Assembly: GCA_040285825.1 (NCBI GenBank)
Contig: JAUPSS010000002.1
Location: 3,720,001 to 3,784,000, forward strand
Reading direction: 5' to 3'
DNA: 64,000 nucleotides
Source: Eukaryota sp. TZLM1-RC
Taxonomy: Eukaryota > Protista > Metamonada: BaSk clade
In this document: piece by piece, positions 36,400-49,722 of the stretch
How the letters are laid out: each line of letters begins with the position of its first letter
How positions within the stretch are numbered: position 1 is the stretch's first letter
Program-made: the position numbers and the translations under genes
The notes under the pieces: generated by a model
Database searches by the model: none
Told to the model about the DNA's origin: nothing
Seen by the model: only the letters and a program-made list of their open reading frames with translations

Positions 36400-37950
36400 T
36401 TTTTATTGAAAACTTATAAATCAACATCTAAAAAATCCATCTCTCCCAAAACAAAAATACTAGATGCAATTCTGTCATAGTGAGATCCAAGAGAAAGCAA
36501 AGCACCATAAACCATCTTCAACATCCTCTAAAAAATAGAAAACACAATTCTATTTTGCCAATACAATCTGTTAAAATATCTGTCTCTGTTTAAGAGCAAG
36601 AATTGTTATAAATATAAATAAACCATTTTTTGCACAAATGGAGAGGGTAATTCAAGTATACGAAATTATGAATTTCAGAATTAACAAACCTTTTATTTGA
36701 GGCATAACAAGGATCAACAGATATTACATCCAATAAACCGAAGGTTCCATCTAATCCAGGTAATATGACATCAGCTCTATTATTTTAATGAAAATCATTT
36801 TCAGAATTGAACAGATTTGCTTCTAAACGTAATAAGATGTTTACAATTTAACAAATGAATAATTGTAGATTTGGTGAACATATACAAATTAAATTATGAC
36901 GTAAATTGTCAGGCCAAATAAAGGAAGGAAATCTCATATTCAAAGTCCAAGTAGAATCAGTTATGAGAGTACCATATACTTGAGGAGTTTTTATTACTAG
37001 GCAGAAGTGCTATCGCACATATCTTGTGAACAATTTGCAAAAGCGTGATTCTTTTTCATGACCAAATCAAGTCTAACATCAAAATCCAAGCTTTCAAAAA
37101 TCTATGACAATTTGTGTTGAAGCATTTTACAGCAAAACTGCAAATTAAAAAAGATCGGTTTGCAATTCTTTCAAATGATTGGGGAAACATTTGATCCAAA
37201 TTTGTGGTGGCAATCTATCACGTTCACAAGATAACTGACTTAAATATGGATTGCAGCTGGGAACTAACAAATGAGAATCTTCAGCAAATCTATGAGAAAA
37301 TTCAAAAATCAAATTCTTGCCTCCACCCAAAAATGCTAATTGACACAGAATAGAAGATTTAGTAAATCCAATACCACCCAAATTTGCTGAAGAAAATAAG
37401 TGATTTTTCAACATTCCTGGTTCTACATCCAATAAATCAGTAAAAAATTCTGTTCTCAATGAATGGAAAGAACGACAAAATTCTAATACTATGGAAGGAG
37501 CACAAGATCTCAGAATGTCGATTATTCTCCCAGTGTAGCAAATTTTGACCAGGAAAAATTTAATATGCTTTTCTAAATCTAAAGAAGAAATTGAATCACG
37601 TATGGTTTTCGTTTTTTCCAAGATAACTTTAAATTCATTCTGATTTTGAAGCACATTTCCTAACCAACAACCAAGAAACTGAAAAGCATCACTTCCATAA
37701 TTGGTAAAAGGGACAACAGAATCGTTTATAACAAGATCTTGAGCAGAAGAGCTTTATCATAAAACATTCGCTTGCATTAAGATGAAGCCCAATATTTTCA
37801 TATGGATCGGCAATTTCTTCAGCAACTAATTCTAGTACATCAAATGAACCAATCAAGGATATATCATCCTTATAAGCAACTATTTTTACAAAAGGGTATT
37901 TTTGCTTAAAGCTATTTAAAAAAATTTTGTGAATAGCTAAACAAAAACAA
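36400..37950 (-). mobile_element. Degraded family B copy with internal deletions
   Basis: ORF pieces 37991-37689 and 37654-37145; 3' end matches 35000-35145. Confidence 0.85.
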
Positions 37951-37967
37951 TAATTACTAATAAAAAC

Positions 37968-38849
37968 TACTTGTTCTTGAACACGTGCCACGTCATCATG
38001 TGAATTTCAACAGATTAGGTTATCAATAACAAGAGCACTACCTCCCATTTTCTTTCAATGTTTTGTAAACCTTTTAGCATAATGACGATAGGGGATTTGT
38101 GAGATACTGAGGCACATGGTGTAGATGATTTACTCAGTGCTTAACTCTTGAGGGGCAATCACGACCTGGGTGACCTTTCTGATGACATTTGAAACATGTC
38201 CCGTCAGTTAGGTTGCGAGACCTATTGGATGAACGAGATTTCATACCAGTTTGACGCACAGATTCAGTATTATCAGAAACAGTCTTTGAATTCGAGAAAT
38301 CAAAAATTTCTGCGATCCTAATGGAAGAATACTTTTGGCGAATCTGATGATGAAAGCTGAGTCAGGCAAGTTCAGTCCGAAAGCCCTGCTTTTCGCCTGA
38401 AGAAAATGTCTCAGGTGGCAGGGTATGCGTTCACGGACGTCGCCCTCACGGGCATCAACCATCAACTCAGATATCACTAAGTTGAATTCCTTGTACGAGG
38501 AAAACGAGGTGGAGGATCTTGAAAATCCAGAAACACCTGGACGGATGAATCAACCCCAGGTCTTGTCAGAATCAAAGATTCTAACATGAAGGGGTCAACG
38601 ACGAGCCTTGCTGGGTTCTTTTTCGGTGTAACAGAGGAGTACATCTTCCACTGTTGTAAGAACAAAAGCACATCATCCACTTCCATAGAAGCAAGAGACG
38701 GATGTAGTACGCGTGTAGATAACCAATAGAATCATGGCCAATAATTGTTGATGCCGTTAGGCAGAATTACCAAAGATGAAAAGAAGAGAATAGAGCTTTA
38801 TTATTGAAAATACTTGTTCTTGAACAAGTGCGACGTCATTTTGTGAATT
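37968..38849 (-). mobile_element. Small element bounded by 39-bp direct repeats, with a decayed internal ORF (possible gag remnant or TRIM-like element)
   Basis: Repeats at 37968-38006 and 38811-38849 (35/39 identical) flank a GC-richer segment with broken ORFs 38686-38477 and 38477-38241. Confidence 0.45.
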
Positions 38850-39224
38850 CTTTATCTGTCTACCAGGTTATTTTATCAGTAATGATGATTCATTTGTTTT
38901 CGTTCGATAATTGCCGCCTTTTGGTTGATCGGAAGTCAGGAGTAAAATGAATTTCAGTGGCCCCTCACCTATTCTGCTGAAATATATGATTAGAGATGTA
39001 ATGGTAGTGGTCAAGTTCTATAAAAAGGACCTAAAAGGATATTTACACCAACAAAACTCTGCATCAGTGATGTTGTGTCCATTTCTGCTGGTTTAGTGAT
39101 TCCCTTGTCCTCACTTTTGCATATCACTTATATAAATGGGGCATGAATGCAGATAAGCAAATTAATTTGTCAGACAGCAATTTATTGCCATTGACCCTAA
39201 TGAATAGACTTTATGAAATAAAAG

Positions 39225-42200
39225 ACGTTGTTCATTTGCTTTGACCGAAGAAGATCAAGTAGTGAAATGGGGTTAGGGAAAATCATTTGAAATAATTAAA
39301 GAATTAACTAATTCTGTTTTTATTACTGTGCATGATGATTTCTCTTGTGGCAATTGATGAAAAGTTAGATTTCTGCAATGTTTACACAATTTATGACAGC
39401 TCTCAGTTTGTTCCGATAACTGCTACCATCCAAGTAAGTTCTTATCTTTATCTAAGACTTCGCAAGACTTCTCAAGACTGCTCTTTGTTTGATCGTGATT
39501 GTCTATTTGTTATTGATACTTTTGGCACCTTTTGGTAGTTTCAAAGGGGGAATGGTGGTTGTTTCAACTTTGCACCCTCCAAGGTCGAAAGATTAACAAA
39601 TGATGTTTTAATCACTGGGAAAAATGACAATCACTACACCAGTGAAGTCAGTGCTTAAACAATATATTGAGGTTACTGATTTCTTACATTCTTAAAAGAG
39701 TTGGTTGTTTTTTTAATATGTCGATAACAATCTTTAATGGATTTTTTTTAGGATAAATTTATTTTCAACGCTAACAAAACATTAAACAAAAAACTAGAAC
39801 TCAATATCCTCAATACACGCATCAACATCATCAAATCTTTTAAGCGCGCGATTTTCATACTCTATTCCTAATTGTAACAGTGCTTTGGTCAACATTTCTG
39901 GAATTGCTTTAAGAATACTGAAAACAATTCTATTGTGCCAGAAATTGAAGTTCAATTCTTTTCCTGCTCTTTCTTTTATTAAACTTCTGAAACCTTCAAG
40001 AAATTTAATGCCAGATATTCCAATGTTACCAAAAAGAGAAACAGCAAATGGAACCAACTGATACTTAACATGCTCAACACGTCCTAGCTGAGATAAGGGT
40101 TCATTGTACTTTCTGATTTTGCTCTTTTCAGCAAAGCAAAGTGGAGTTTCATCTCTTTTAGCAAAGTCAATTGCTGAGTCTTTACAAACATCAACAGTGA
40201 CAACATCAACAACTTTAATAACACCATCAGACGCAGGGGTAATTAAATCAGCACGGCGTTTCCCAAAAGTATTTTCATTTTCATTTTCAGATGACAACCT
40301 TCGCACAAGTGGTTCAACAAAAGCTTCAATGTGATGGCTTTTGCACATAGCGTATAGTTGGTCTCTAACAGCATCGTGAACAACTGAGCGATATGTAATA
40401 TTAAATTTGCAATTAAATAAATGATTCAGATTAATGAGCTGACCACAACGACAAATCAAATCATTTGGCACACTACATGGCCACAGGAAACACCTCATCC
40501 TGAAGGCAGTTGTCCATTGATGATCATTTAATAATAGACCATATACATTTGGAATCTGGGAAATAAGACAACCTGAGCTACTATCCTTGAGGTCAATTAA
40601 AAAGTTTGCAAAAACGGGATTCTTTTCTTTAGCCAAGCTAAGACAAACAGTGAAATCCAAGTTTTCAAAAACTTTTAATATCTTTTTCTGCAATTTAGCA
40701 TATGCAAATTTCAAGGAAATCAAACTCCTGGGTGGAATTTCTTGAATATCAGCAGGAAAGCATTTGGACCATATGTGAGGAGAGATGCATTCAATTTCAC
40801 TCTGCAAGGACACTAAATAGTCACTAACACAACATTCTATCAAATGCTGGTTTTCAGGAAAACGTTTCAAAAATTCAAAAACGAAATTTTTTGCTCCACC
40901 GATGAATGCGGCTTTACACAAATATTTTGATTTGTGAAAATCCAGGCCTCCCAATTCTGTGCTACAAAAAAATATGACTACGTAAAAAGAAGAATCAATA
41001 TCGAGCAAATTAGCCAAAAATTTTGTTCTTAATTCATTAAAAATTCTGCAAAATTCGAGAGAAATAGATGGTGATGTTGATCGTAAAATATGAGTAAATT
41101 TCCCTGAATAACAAATTCTGAGGAAGAAAAATTTAAGATGTTTTTCAATATTTAAATCTGAAAGAACCATCAATTCTTCTTCAAAATTATCCAAAAGAGA
41201 GGAAAGTTGATTTCGAATTTCATCAAAGTTGCCTAAATAACAACCTAAAAAACGAAATCCTGATTCAAAATAATTGATAAAAGGAACACTTTGACCATCA
41301 ATAATGAAATCAGCAGGCTCTCTACCAATCAATAAACATTTGGAAATATTTAGAGAAAGACCAATTTCATAATAGCGCTGTTGAACAATTTCAGCAATTG
41401 TTCTCAATGAATCAATTGGACCAATTATTGATATGTCATCCATATAAGCAGTTATATGAACATCTGGAAATTCTTGTTTTAATTCACACATTAAAGGATG
41501 GATAGCAAGACAGAAAAAGAAAGGACCTAATGGATCACCTTGTTTGACACCAGATGATGATATTAGATTGAATTCCTCATAAACAAGAGTTGACTGTGAG
41601 CCATAAAAATTGTAAAAGAACGACTCAGCTTCTGGAAAATGAGTTTGAAGCAAGGGCAAGATGGACGACCTCTTCACTGCATTGAAAGCGTTTTTAAAAT
41701 CCAAATTAAAAATATAATTCGAAGTATTGGAATTAAAAAAGACATCAGAAGAGAGTGCTGCAGAAGATGCACCATCAACTGTTTTAATTCCAAATTGGAA
41801 AGGACTAAAAAAATCTTTAGCCTTTTTACCAATCCTGCCAAACACAGCTGAAGCAAGAATACGAGACAAAGATTCACCAATTGCAATTGGCCTTATTTTT
41901 GATTCATTCTTTTTTAAAGCAATTAAGCGTGAACTTGTCATTTCAGATGGAAGCTTGATTTTTAATGTTAAAATTTTGTTGAAAAAGAAAACCAAATCAT
42001 CAATACATTCAGGACATTGGTTTATCGTGGATTTTAACATGTCAAAAGTGATCATTGATGGACCAGGCGCTTTTCCAGATGGTAAGTGGTTTATCAATTT
42101 AATTAGTTCATCATTAGTTACGGGATTTTGCTCCCAATAACTTAGATTATTGGGTTTAGGGCACTTAAAATTTTCAACAGGATGGAGACTCTTTAGTTGA

Positions 42201-43700
42201 GCAACAGTATTTTCATTACATTCTGCAAGTTCAGAGGAAAACAGGCATTGCTTAGCGGAACCATAGCGTCCCTTTAAAGCTAATTTTCGAACAATTTTTT
42301 CTTTCTTCATTACTGAAGGACGAAATTTTGATTTTGATGACAATATTTTTTTATCTTTAAGCAAAAAAAATTTCCATAGCGGTGTTACATCCCATATGCC
42401 TTTTTTTAAATTGGTGGTAAATTTTCGAAAACTAATTGAAAAGGGAGAGGACTTACCTGTGATGGAACACGTATTGGAGGCCTCAAGGAATCAACAACTT
42501 TACATGATTCGCAAAAACGTAATGGTCGGCCAGAAGAATTAATGCCCAAATTTTTGGTACAAAATATACACTTATTATTCGGAGAATCAATGGATAAATT
42601 TATAGGTACTATTGCTGGTATTTCTTGATCAGAATTATCATCATTTATGGGTAACGAAGAGAGGGATTGTTTCAAATCAGCAGATGCAGCACGAGCTTTT
42701 AATTGTTCTTGTTTTATTTGGGGACATGTTTTAACGTTATGTCCCGGTTGACGACATTTGCCACAACTCTGAGAATGAACTTTTCCAGTTTTTAATGGTA
42801 ATGGTTTCATTTTTTCAGTTATTTCTATTTTGTCAATTGGTGAGTTAAAGGTAGAAACAGATTTTTGACTTTTTCCGATTTCAGCTGGAGCAAACAAATT
42901 TCGAGAAACGGAGTTGTTTATAGAACGCGCAAAAGAACGTAAAGATCGTAATTGTGGTTTTTGTGAGTTTTTTCTGGTACAATGATCAGTTTTTGAATTG
43001 AAATTTTTTTGAGATGAATTTCGAGCACAGCTTGTATTGTGGGGAGAGTGGAGAAGTGAAGATGATGAGCTTGGTCTGACTGGTAGAATCTTTACTCGGG
43101 CGTTCCAATCAGTATCAGAGTCACTATCAGCCAATGGCATCGTTTTGACAGAGAAACAGTACGACTTTGACGCCGTGACAGAAAGTGAAATATGAGAGGG
43201 TTGACCAAGGGAGGGAGAAAAAAAAATCTTAAATGATCTTAAATCTTTAATGGATCAGATCATCTTTCATCATTAGATCTCAGAAACTATTTTCAATATA
43301 AAATTGTTTTACCTGAATTTTATTTTGAAGTTGAAAGGTAGAATTGTGGAGTTCTCCCAGTATTGAAGTACAATTGCCAAACTTTAAGGAATTGATAATT
43401 CATCGCTCAGTTCCTACCAATATCACTGAACAATATTTTCCTTCTTTGGAATTCATTCAATTGATTGAACCTACAAAGGCAATTTGTTAGATTCTCCCCT
43501 TTCTCCAGTAGAATTTGTCAACAAAGGTTTAATTCAATCTGCCAAAATAATCAAGAATGAATTATTAATTAAATTGTCTGGTTTTCCATGGTGGATTCAG
43601 TATTCAGCTGAAAAGTATATGATTGATTTCTTTCGTAAGTATGAAGATAAACATTGCGTTGTTCAGAGATTTCATAAAACTTAGCTTGAAGATATTCTAG
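39225..43700 (+). pseudogene. Decayed RCC1/LRR gene copy split by the full-length A2 retrotransposon
   Basis: 39225-39742 and 43290-43650 are homologous to the reverse complement of 23565-22000. Confidence 0.6.
39743..43226 (-). mobile_element. Full-length, nearly intact CRE-clade-like non-LTR retrotransposon, family A2
   Basis: 43140-42406 (CGKCRQPGHNVKTC; CIFC..CESC) plus 42364-39794 (RT with YMDD, CCHC, RRADL..VVDV, KIRKY). Poly(A). 14-bp TSD AATCTTTAATGGAT at 39729-39742 and 43242-43255. Confidence 0.96.
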
Positions 43701-44616
43701 TCAGCAATTTCTTTATTCCATGTTGTTCTAGTTGACGCTGTTAGGCTATACTCAAGACAACATAAAAGTAATAAAATTCTCTGGCCCTTATATAAGCCAT
43801 CACTAGTGAAGTCTTTTATTCACCAATTGTCCACAGAACAACCTAGTTGGTCAACATTGATATCAAATAGGCGGCAAACAAAAAGCTTGTTATTAGCGCA
43901 AAAAGAAGTTATTTTCCACATTCCTATGAAAATTGAAATCAGAATCATGTTTTGCTAGTCAACACAATTGAAAAATCGTCCAGTCATTTCTGGGCCAACA
44001 GTATATTTTTCGAGAAACAATTATAGCGAGAAGCATGGGACATAAACCATTAAGGGCCTAAAATTGTTTATTGATAGTAGAAATGGGTTATGTAGATTCA
44101 GCAATTTTGTATTACCTTTCAGCATGAAGAAAATCGTTAACACCAGAATTAATGAATGGTTTATTGATTAGAATTAGAGGAGAATTACAAAAGTCAATCT
44201 ACATGGTATCTGAAATGGTGATGCTTCTATAAGCTAGGGACATCCAAACCACATCTTGTTAGAACCATAAGACCTCAATTATAACGCGTACCATCATTAT
44301 TAGAATCTCCGAAATTTAATATTTATAACAATAGAATTTAAAAGGGATTTGCTCTATATGATTTGCACAGGGAATATGTGTGATACCTGAAACTATTACG
44401 TGTTTTACATCTATTTTGCCTCAATAGTTATGAATACATTGTATTAAAGTATTAATGTAAAGTTCAGTGAAACAAAGTTATTTTTGTATAATGAATATGG
44501 AATTCTGAATCTGAACATAAAGGTAACCATTCGAGAAATATCATTTTCAAATATCAACATATTTGAATCAGCTTCTCAAACATCCAGACAATCTTGTCTG
44601 ACACAAACTCCTGTCT

Positions 44617-46368
44617 ATGGTCTTCTTGACCGCATTCACATGTCAACTCACATCTTTTCTTCAGCAAAATTGTGACAAACTGCGAAATATTTCAGAAGAA
44701 GAAGTTCACCAAAGGCTTCACTCCGAAGACAAAATCAGCGACTTCCGTGTGGATGAACTCAGTCTCATTCTACGTTATCTCTCTTCTCACTTCGAATGTC
44801 CACCGCTTCGTGGCCCCAAACGGAAAAAGAATCTCAGTGACGCTATCCTAAACTTTCTTCATTCACAATCCATGTCCTCCCACTTCCTTAGTGACGGAAA
44901 CTTACCTTCAAATTTCAATGATTGCGATTATTATTTCCAAAAAACCCAGCATCCTTTATACAAAGTACATCAAAATATACTAACTCGCCAATTTCCAAGG
45001 CCTTATCCTAGCAAGGACGCTTTCAGGCTTGATATCACACCAGAGATACTTGCCCAATTAAGGTTGGTTGATGGCAAATTTGCAGTAGTTGCTAGACTTT
45101 GGATTCCGTCCGAAACTCCACCTGTGACCTGCTGGGATCCATCACATCATTTGGCAGTTAATAACTGTCGTGTTGACGTCACTGATTGCATGAAGAAACT
45201 ACGAGGGACCATCAATGAAGACAAGGTGGTCACTTTCAAACCTGCTGACGTCACCAGTTTCTTTGCCAATTATAATCGTACCTCTGCTCATGTTTCGTTT
45301 GAATCACCATCGCCTTCTTCTGGATCTATTGTTTTTCAATTTGTTTCTAAAATTTCCATTCAGGAAGCTGCCCAGGAAGTACTTTCTAGACCTGTAGCTG
45401 TTTCTAGTTCGTTTGACTTGGATGATGATCTGATGGAGGACCAGAGCGAGATTTCCCTTATGGACCCATTAACGTTTACAAGGATCACTACCCCAGCTCG
45501 CGGTCTGCACTGTACCCATCGAGAATGTTTTGATGTTTTTCTTTTTCTACAACATTCAGTAAGGTTATGCGTTTGGCAGTGCTCCATTTGTAATAAACCC
45601 TTACCATATCCTGAACTACGCTATGATGAATGGTTTGACACTAATTTGCTCAAAAACGCCCCGGATTCTGCTGAACTTGCAATTATTTCCCAAGAAGGAA
45701 CAAAATTAAAAGTTGTTTACGAAGATGAGACGTCAAAAGATGGTGTCAGTGACTCTGATGATGATTTGATTCATGGATACAAGCAGAGTTCAAACCAGAC
45801 TATTGAGGTTATTAATGTAGATGAGGTGGTATCGAGTCCTCCCTCAACTCTTTTTATGAGAACAAGGCCTAGAGGACCAGTAATGTGTCAGCAACCTACA
45901 AGGATTCAACTGAACCGTGATCCCACCATGTACCAATCTTCACCTCCACTCCACAACCCTAACCCATACCCCAACCCTAATGTTTACTCCAATATTGGTG
46001 GTAATCTAAGTTCTGGAACCTTTCAGGACACAGGTTTCAGACATTCCAACAGATTTAATTCTCCTCAACCGGTTTATCGCCCCCAAATGCGGTCCACACC
46101 AGTTGAGGAAGTCATTGATCTCGACCTTAATGAAGGTTCTCCTTTGGATTTTCACCCTCCTTCAATCGGCTCAGACAGAACTGCCGATCGTCAACGGCTG
46201 AACATGTTTTTCCCACGACATTCTCCTTCTGGGCTTGACCATCCTAGACCACCGGCACCTTCGATACGTTCCTTCACACGTCCCAATGTTAGTCCTTTTC
46301 TGCCTGTCAAAAGGGCTCATATTGAATCCAATGAAGAAGTTATATTGATTTCTAGCGATGAAGATTGA
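44617..46368 (+). CDS. SIZ/PIAS-type SUMO E3 ligase (SAP-like domain, SP-RING, SIMs)
   Basis: FRVDELSLIL..RKKNL (SAP-like); ISLMDPLTFTRITTPARGLHCTHRECFD..WQCSIC (SP-RING); SIM-like EVINVD, EVIDLD and VILISSDED. Confidence 0.88.
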   Translation: MVFLTAFTCQLTSFLQQNCDKLRNISEEEVHQRLHSEDKISDFRVDELSLILRYLSSHFECPPLRGPKRKKNLSDAILNFLHSQSMSSHFLSDGNLPSNFNDCDYYFQKTQHPLYKVHQNILTRQFPRPYPSKDAFRLDITPEILAQLRLVDGKFAVVARLWIPSETPPVTCWDPSHHLAVNNCRVDVTDCMKKLRGTINEDKVVTFKPADVTSFFANYNRTSAHVSFESPSPSSGSIVFQFVSKISIQEAAQEVLSRPVAVSSSFDLDDDLMEDQSEISLMDPLTFTRITTPARGLHCTHRECFDVFLFLQHSVRLCVWQCSICNKPLPYPELRYDEWFDTNLLKNAPDSAELAIISQEGTKLKVVYEDETSKDGVSDSDDDLIHGYKQSSNQTIEVINVDEVVSSPPSTLFMRTRPRGPVMCQQPTRIQLNRDPTMYQSSPPLHNPNPYPNPNVYSNIGGNLSSGTFQDTGFRHSNRFNSPQPVYRPQMRSTPVEEVIDLDLNEGSPLDFHPPSIGSDRTADRQRLNMFFPRHSPSGLDHPRPPAPSIRSFTRPNVSPFLPVKRAHIESNEEVILISSDED

Positions 46369-46489
46369 GTTTTTTGTAGTTTTGTCAAATCGCTTTTTTT
46401 GAGTCTATCTCAGTGTTTTTTTAGATTTTGTACACCTATTATTGTTGCATTATTAAACATTTATTACTTTGTTTTTTGCTTGGCTTGTT

Positions 46490-46880
46490 ATTTACACTGG
46501 AAGACAATATTTAGACTCGATACAATGCACGAGAAGCTCTTGAATTTATAACCAAAGAAAAACATGGACAATATCAAAATAATATCGTAGAAGCTATTGC
46601 AGGTAGAAACAGATCACTTGTTTTTATTGGTTTCCCATTTGCTATAAACGGAAGACTATCAGTAGAAGCAGGAACTTTTTCGATTGATTTCCAAAAAATG
46701 GTTCAAGAAAACAAATGAAAAGATTTGATATCTTTTTATGGCGCTTTTGAATACAATTTGCCATAATTAATGGAATACTTCGGTTTTTTAATCGAATAAG
46801 CTAGATATCTTTAGCTAGATTGCAAACATATCAAGATTTCGTAGGGGAATGTTGGGTCCATAAATTTCCTCTCATTAGTT
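46490..46880 (+). mobile_element. Degraded 3' fragment of family C
   Basis: Resembles 61765-62142. Confidence 0.75.
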
Positions 46881-46884
46881 ATGT

Positions 46885-48200
46885 GTCACATTTTGAGTTC
46901 TTGTGCTCCTTCCATAGCATTAGAGTTTTGTCGTTCCTTTAATTCATTGAGAACAGAATTTTTTGTTGATTTATTGGATGTAGAACCAGGAATGTTGAAA
47001 AATCACTTATTTTGTTCAGCAAATTTGAGTGGTATTGGATTTAAAAAATCTTCAATTTTGTGTCAATCAGCATTTTTGGGTAGAGGTAAGAATTTTATTT
47101 ATGAAGTTTCTCATAGATTTCCTGATGATTCTCATCTGTTAGTTCCCAGTTGCAGTTTATATTTGAATGAGTTATCTTGTGAACTTGATAGATTGCCACC
47201 ACAGATGTCTACCAAATGTTTTCCCCAATCAATTCAAGCAATTCCAAACCGACCTCTTCTTAGTTTGCAATTTTGCTGTAAAAAGCTTCAACAAAAATTG
47301 TCAAAGATTCTTGAAAGCTTGGATTTTGATGTTAGACTTGGCTTGGCCACGAAAAAGAATCTCGCTTTTGCAAATTGTTCACAAGATATGTGTGATAGTT
47401 CTTCTTCTGCCTAGTAACAGCAATCCCTCAAGTTTATGGTACTTTCATAACTGATTCTACTTGGACTTTGAATATGAGATTTCCTTCCTATATTTGGCCT
47501 GATAATTTACGTCATAATTTAATTTGTAAATGTTCTCGAGAAATTACAACTACTCATTTGTTAAATTGTAAACATTTTATTATTTTTAGAAGCAAGGTTC
47601 ATGATGCTGTAAGAGACCAATTATATTGTATGTGTAAATCTCATAGAATTGAATCCTTCCTGGAACCTCTGTTGTCAAATCTGCTTGATAGTGAAGATGA
47701 TTTTCATAAGAATAATAGAGGTGATGTCATAATACCTGGATTAGATGGAACCTTCATTTTATTGGATTTAATATCTGTTGATCCTTGTAATGCCTCAAAT
47801 GAAAGGCTTGTTAATTCTGAAATTCACAATCCTCTTTCAAATGCAGAAAGTTTCAAGATCAAAAAATACAATGAACCTTTGTCCAAATTGTCCAGTCAAC
47901 AGCATGCAAAATACAATTTGTATCCATTTGTATTGTTTCTTTTTGTTTCACTTGCTCCAACGGCTATACGTTTTTTGGCATATTTAGAAATGATTGTAAG
48001 GTGAAGAACTAACAGAAATTTCAACAGATTGTTTTGGCAAAATAGAATTGTGTGTTCTCTTTTTAAGGGGATGTTGAAGATGGTTTCTGATGCTTTGATC
48101 TCTCTTGGATCTCACTATGAGAGAGTTGCATCTGGTTGCTTTGTTTGGGGAGAAATGTATTATTTAGATATTGATTTCAAAGTTCTTTAATAAATAGATA
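46885..48200 (+). mobile_element. 5'-truncated family B copy
   Basis: ORFs 46881-47414 and 47468-48004; matches 33840-35150. Confidence 0.9.
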
Positions 48201-48276
48201 TTGTTAAATAAATATTTAAATGTGCAAGATTAATGAACATTAAACAGAAGCACAATTCATTTCAAGTCCAACAAAG

Positions 48277-49722
48277 ATGGATGCACCACGACCTCGGTGT
48301 CCAAGTACCCATAGTGTATACTCTGAAAGTGAGATTGAACCTCCTGTTAGGGGATTCACTGCACCTATTCCTTTCAAACCTACTGTCACTTCCATTTCTG
48401 AAGAGCACTTAAGCTCTGATGATGAATCTCCTTCATTCAAACCACCTTCCAAAATTTCTCTACTAAAGCAGTTTCTGCTCCATCAATCCAAAGCCGGATT
48501 CCACGAACACGATACTGTTGAGCAGTACAATGAACGCAAACGCAAGCTCAAATCATTCACACACATTCCTTTCCATTTAGAACGGTTCATACTCTTTGGA
48601 CTTCTTATCTGCCTTGACGTCTTCCTCTATATGTTTACTATCCTTCCACTCCGTATCTTCACTTGGTGTTTCTCCTTTCTTCCTTTTAAAGTGCCTTTCG
48701 TTCGTTCTTCTGAGTCTTATAGTCATGATATCACTGCTGGCCTGCTCTTTCTCGTAGGCTCGCTTACCGCTCTGTCATGGGACATTTCTTCTGTTTATCA
48801 CGCTGTACGAGGCCAGAACCTGCTGAAACTCTACTCGATATACCAACTAATTGAAATTGTTGATAAACTTCTTGGTGCGTTGGGACAAGATGCCGTTGAT
48901 AACGTTTTATTTAGTCAGAAAGTATTTCAAAAGGGTCTATTCAATTTAATTTATAAAAAAGCGGCAGATTTGCTTTTTTCTTTAGTTTATATTGTTTTGC
49001 ACGTCACGTGCTTGCTGTTTCAGTTGATTACCTTCAATGTTGCGATTAATTCAAAATCTTATTCAATAGTGGCGTTGCTTATTTCTAATAATTTTACTGA
49101 ATTAAAAGGTGCAGTTTTTAAAAAATATACGAAAATTCCTCTATTCCAGATTGCTTTTACAGATATTACTGAGAGATTTCATTTGTTAACTCTAACAATT
49201 TTAACCGGAATTCAGTCATTTATTGACATGAAGGGGTCAACATCGGGAAATTTTGATGTTGATCTATTTAGGCAACTCTTGTCGACAATTTCTGTTTTGT
49301 TGGGGTCGGAATTGATTGTTGATTGGGCCAAACATTCGTTCATTTGCTATTTTAACAATCATTCAAGTAAACTATATCCCAAATATTTAAAAATTTTACT
49401 TTCTGACATTTTTTACTCTTTCAACGGGTTTAATTCTAATCCTAACAACCCAAAAAAACGTCCTTCTGTTGCTAGAAGAATTGGTTTTGTGCCGCTTCCT
49501 CTCGCTTGCGTTACTGTCAGGGTTCTAATCGATGCCTTTACTGGTGAAGTTGTTAAATTTAAAGCTTTTTATTTAGTCATGGCATTCGCTTTGGCTTTTG
49601 CTGTCAAATTTGTCATTTCAGCGCTCTTGATATTCATTTCTTGTAAGTCCAGTGGCGCGAGGTTGGATTTAGACTTGCATAAGGTGGAACGGTATTTGTT
49701 ATTGGAGAAGAGGGTGCCTTAA
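48277..49722 (+). CDS. TAPT1: TAPT1/Emp65 (DUF747) multi-pass membrane protein
   Basis: IPFHLERFILFGLLICLDVFLY.FT.LPLR, YHAVRGQ..LKLY, LLISNNFTELKGAVFKK, SELIVDW.KH.FI, RRIGFVPLPLA. Confidence 0.9.
   Translation: MDAPRPRCPSTHSVYSESEIEPPVRGFTAPIPFKPTVTSISEEHLSSDDESPSFKPPSKISLLKQFLLHQSKAGFHEHDTVEQYNERKRKLKSFTHIPFHLERFILFGLLICLDVFLYMFTILPLRIFTWCFSFLPFKVPFVRSSESYSHDITAGLLFLVGSLTALSWDISSVYHAVRGQNLLKLYSIYQLIEIVDKLLGALGQDAVDNVLFSQKVFQKGLFNLIYKKAADLLFSLVYIVLHVTCLLFQLITFNVAINSKSYSIVALLISNNFTELKGAVFKKYTKIPLFQIAFTDITERFHLLTLTILTGIQSFIDMKGSTSGNFDVDLFRQLLSTISVLLGSELIVDWAKHSFICYFNNHSSKLYPKYLKILLSDIFYSFNGFNSNPNNPKKRPSVARRIGFVPLPLACVTVRVLIDAFTGEVVKFKAFYLVMAFALAFAVKFVISALLIFISCKSSGARLDLDLHKVERYLLLEKRVP

Noticed and set aside
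44620-44664. Possible 45-nt intron right after the SIZ/PIAS ATG
   Set aside because: It is in frame either way, and the GTCTTC donor and length do not fit the other introns; undecidable without cDNA.
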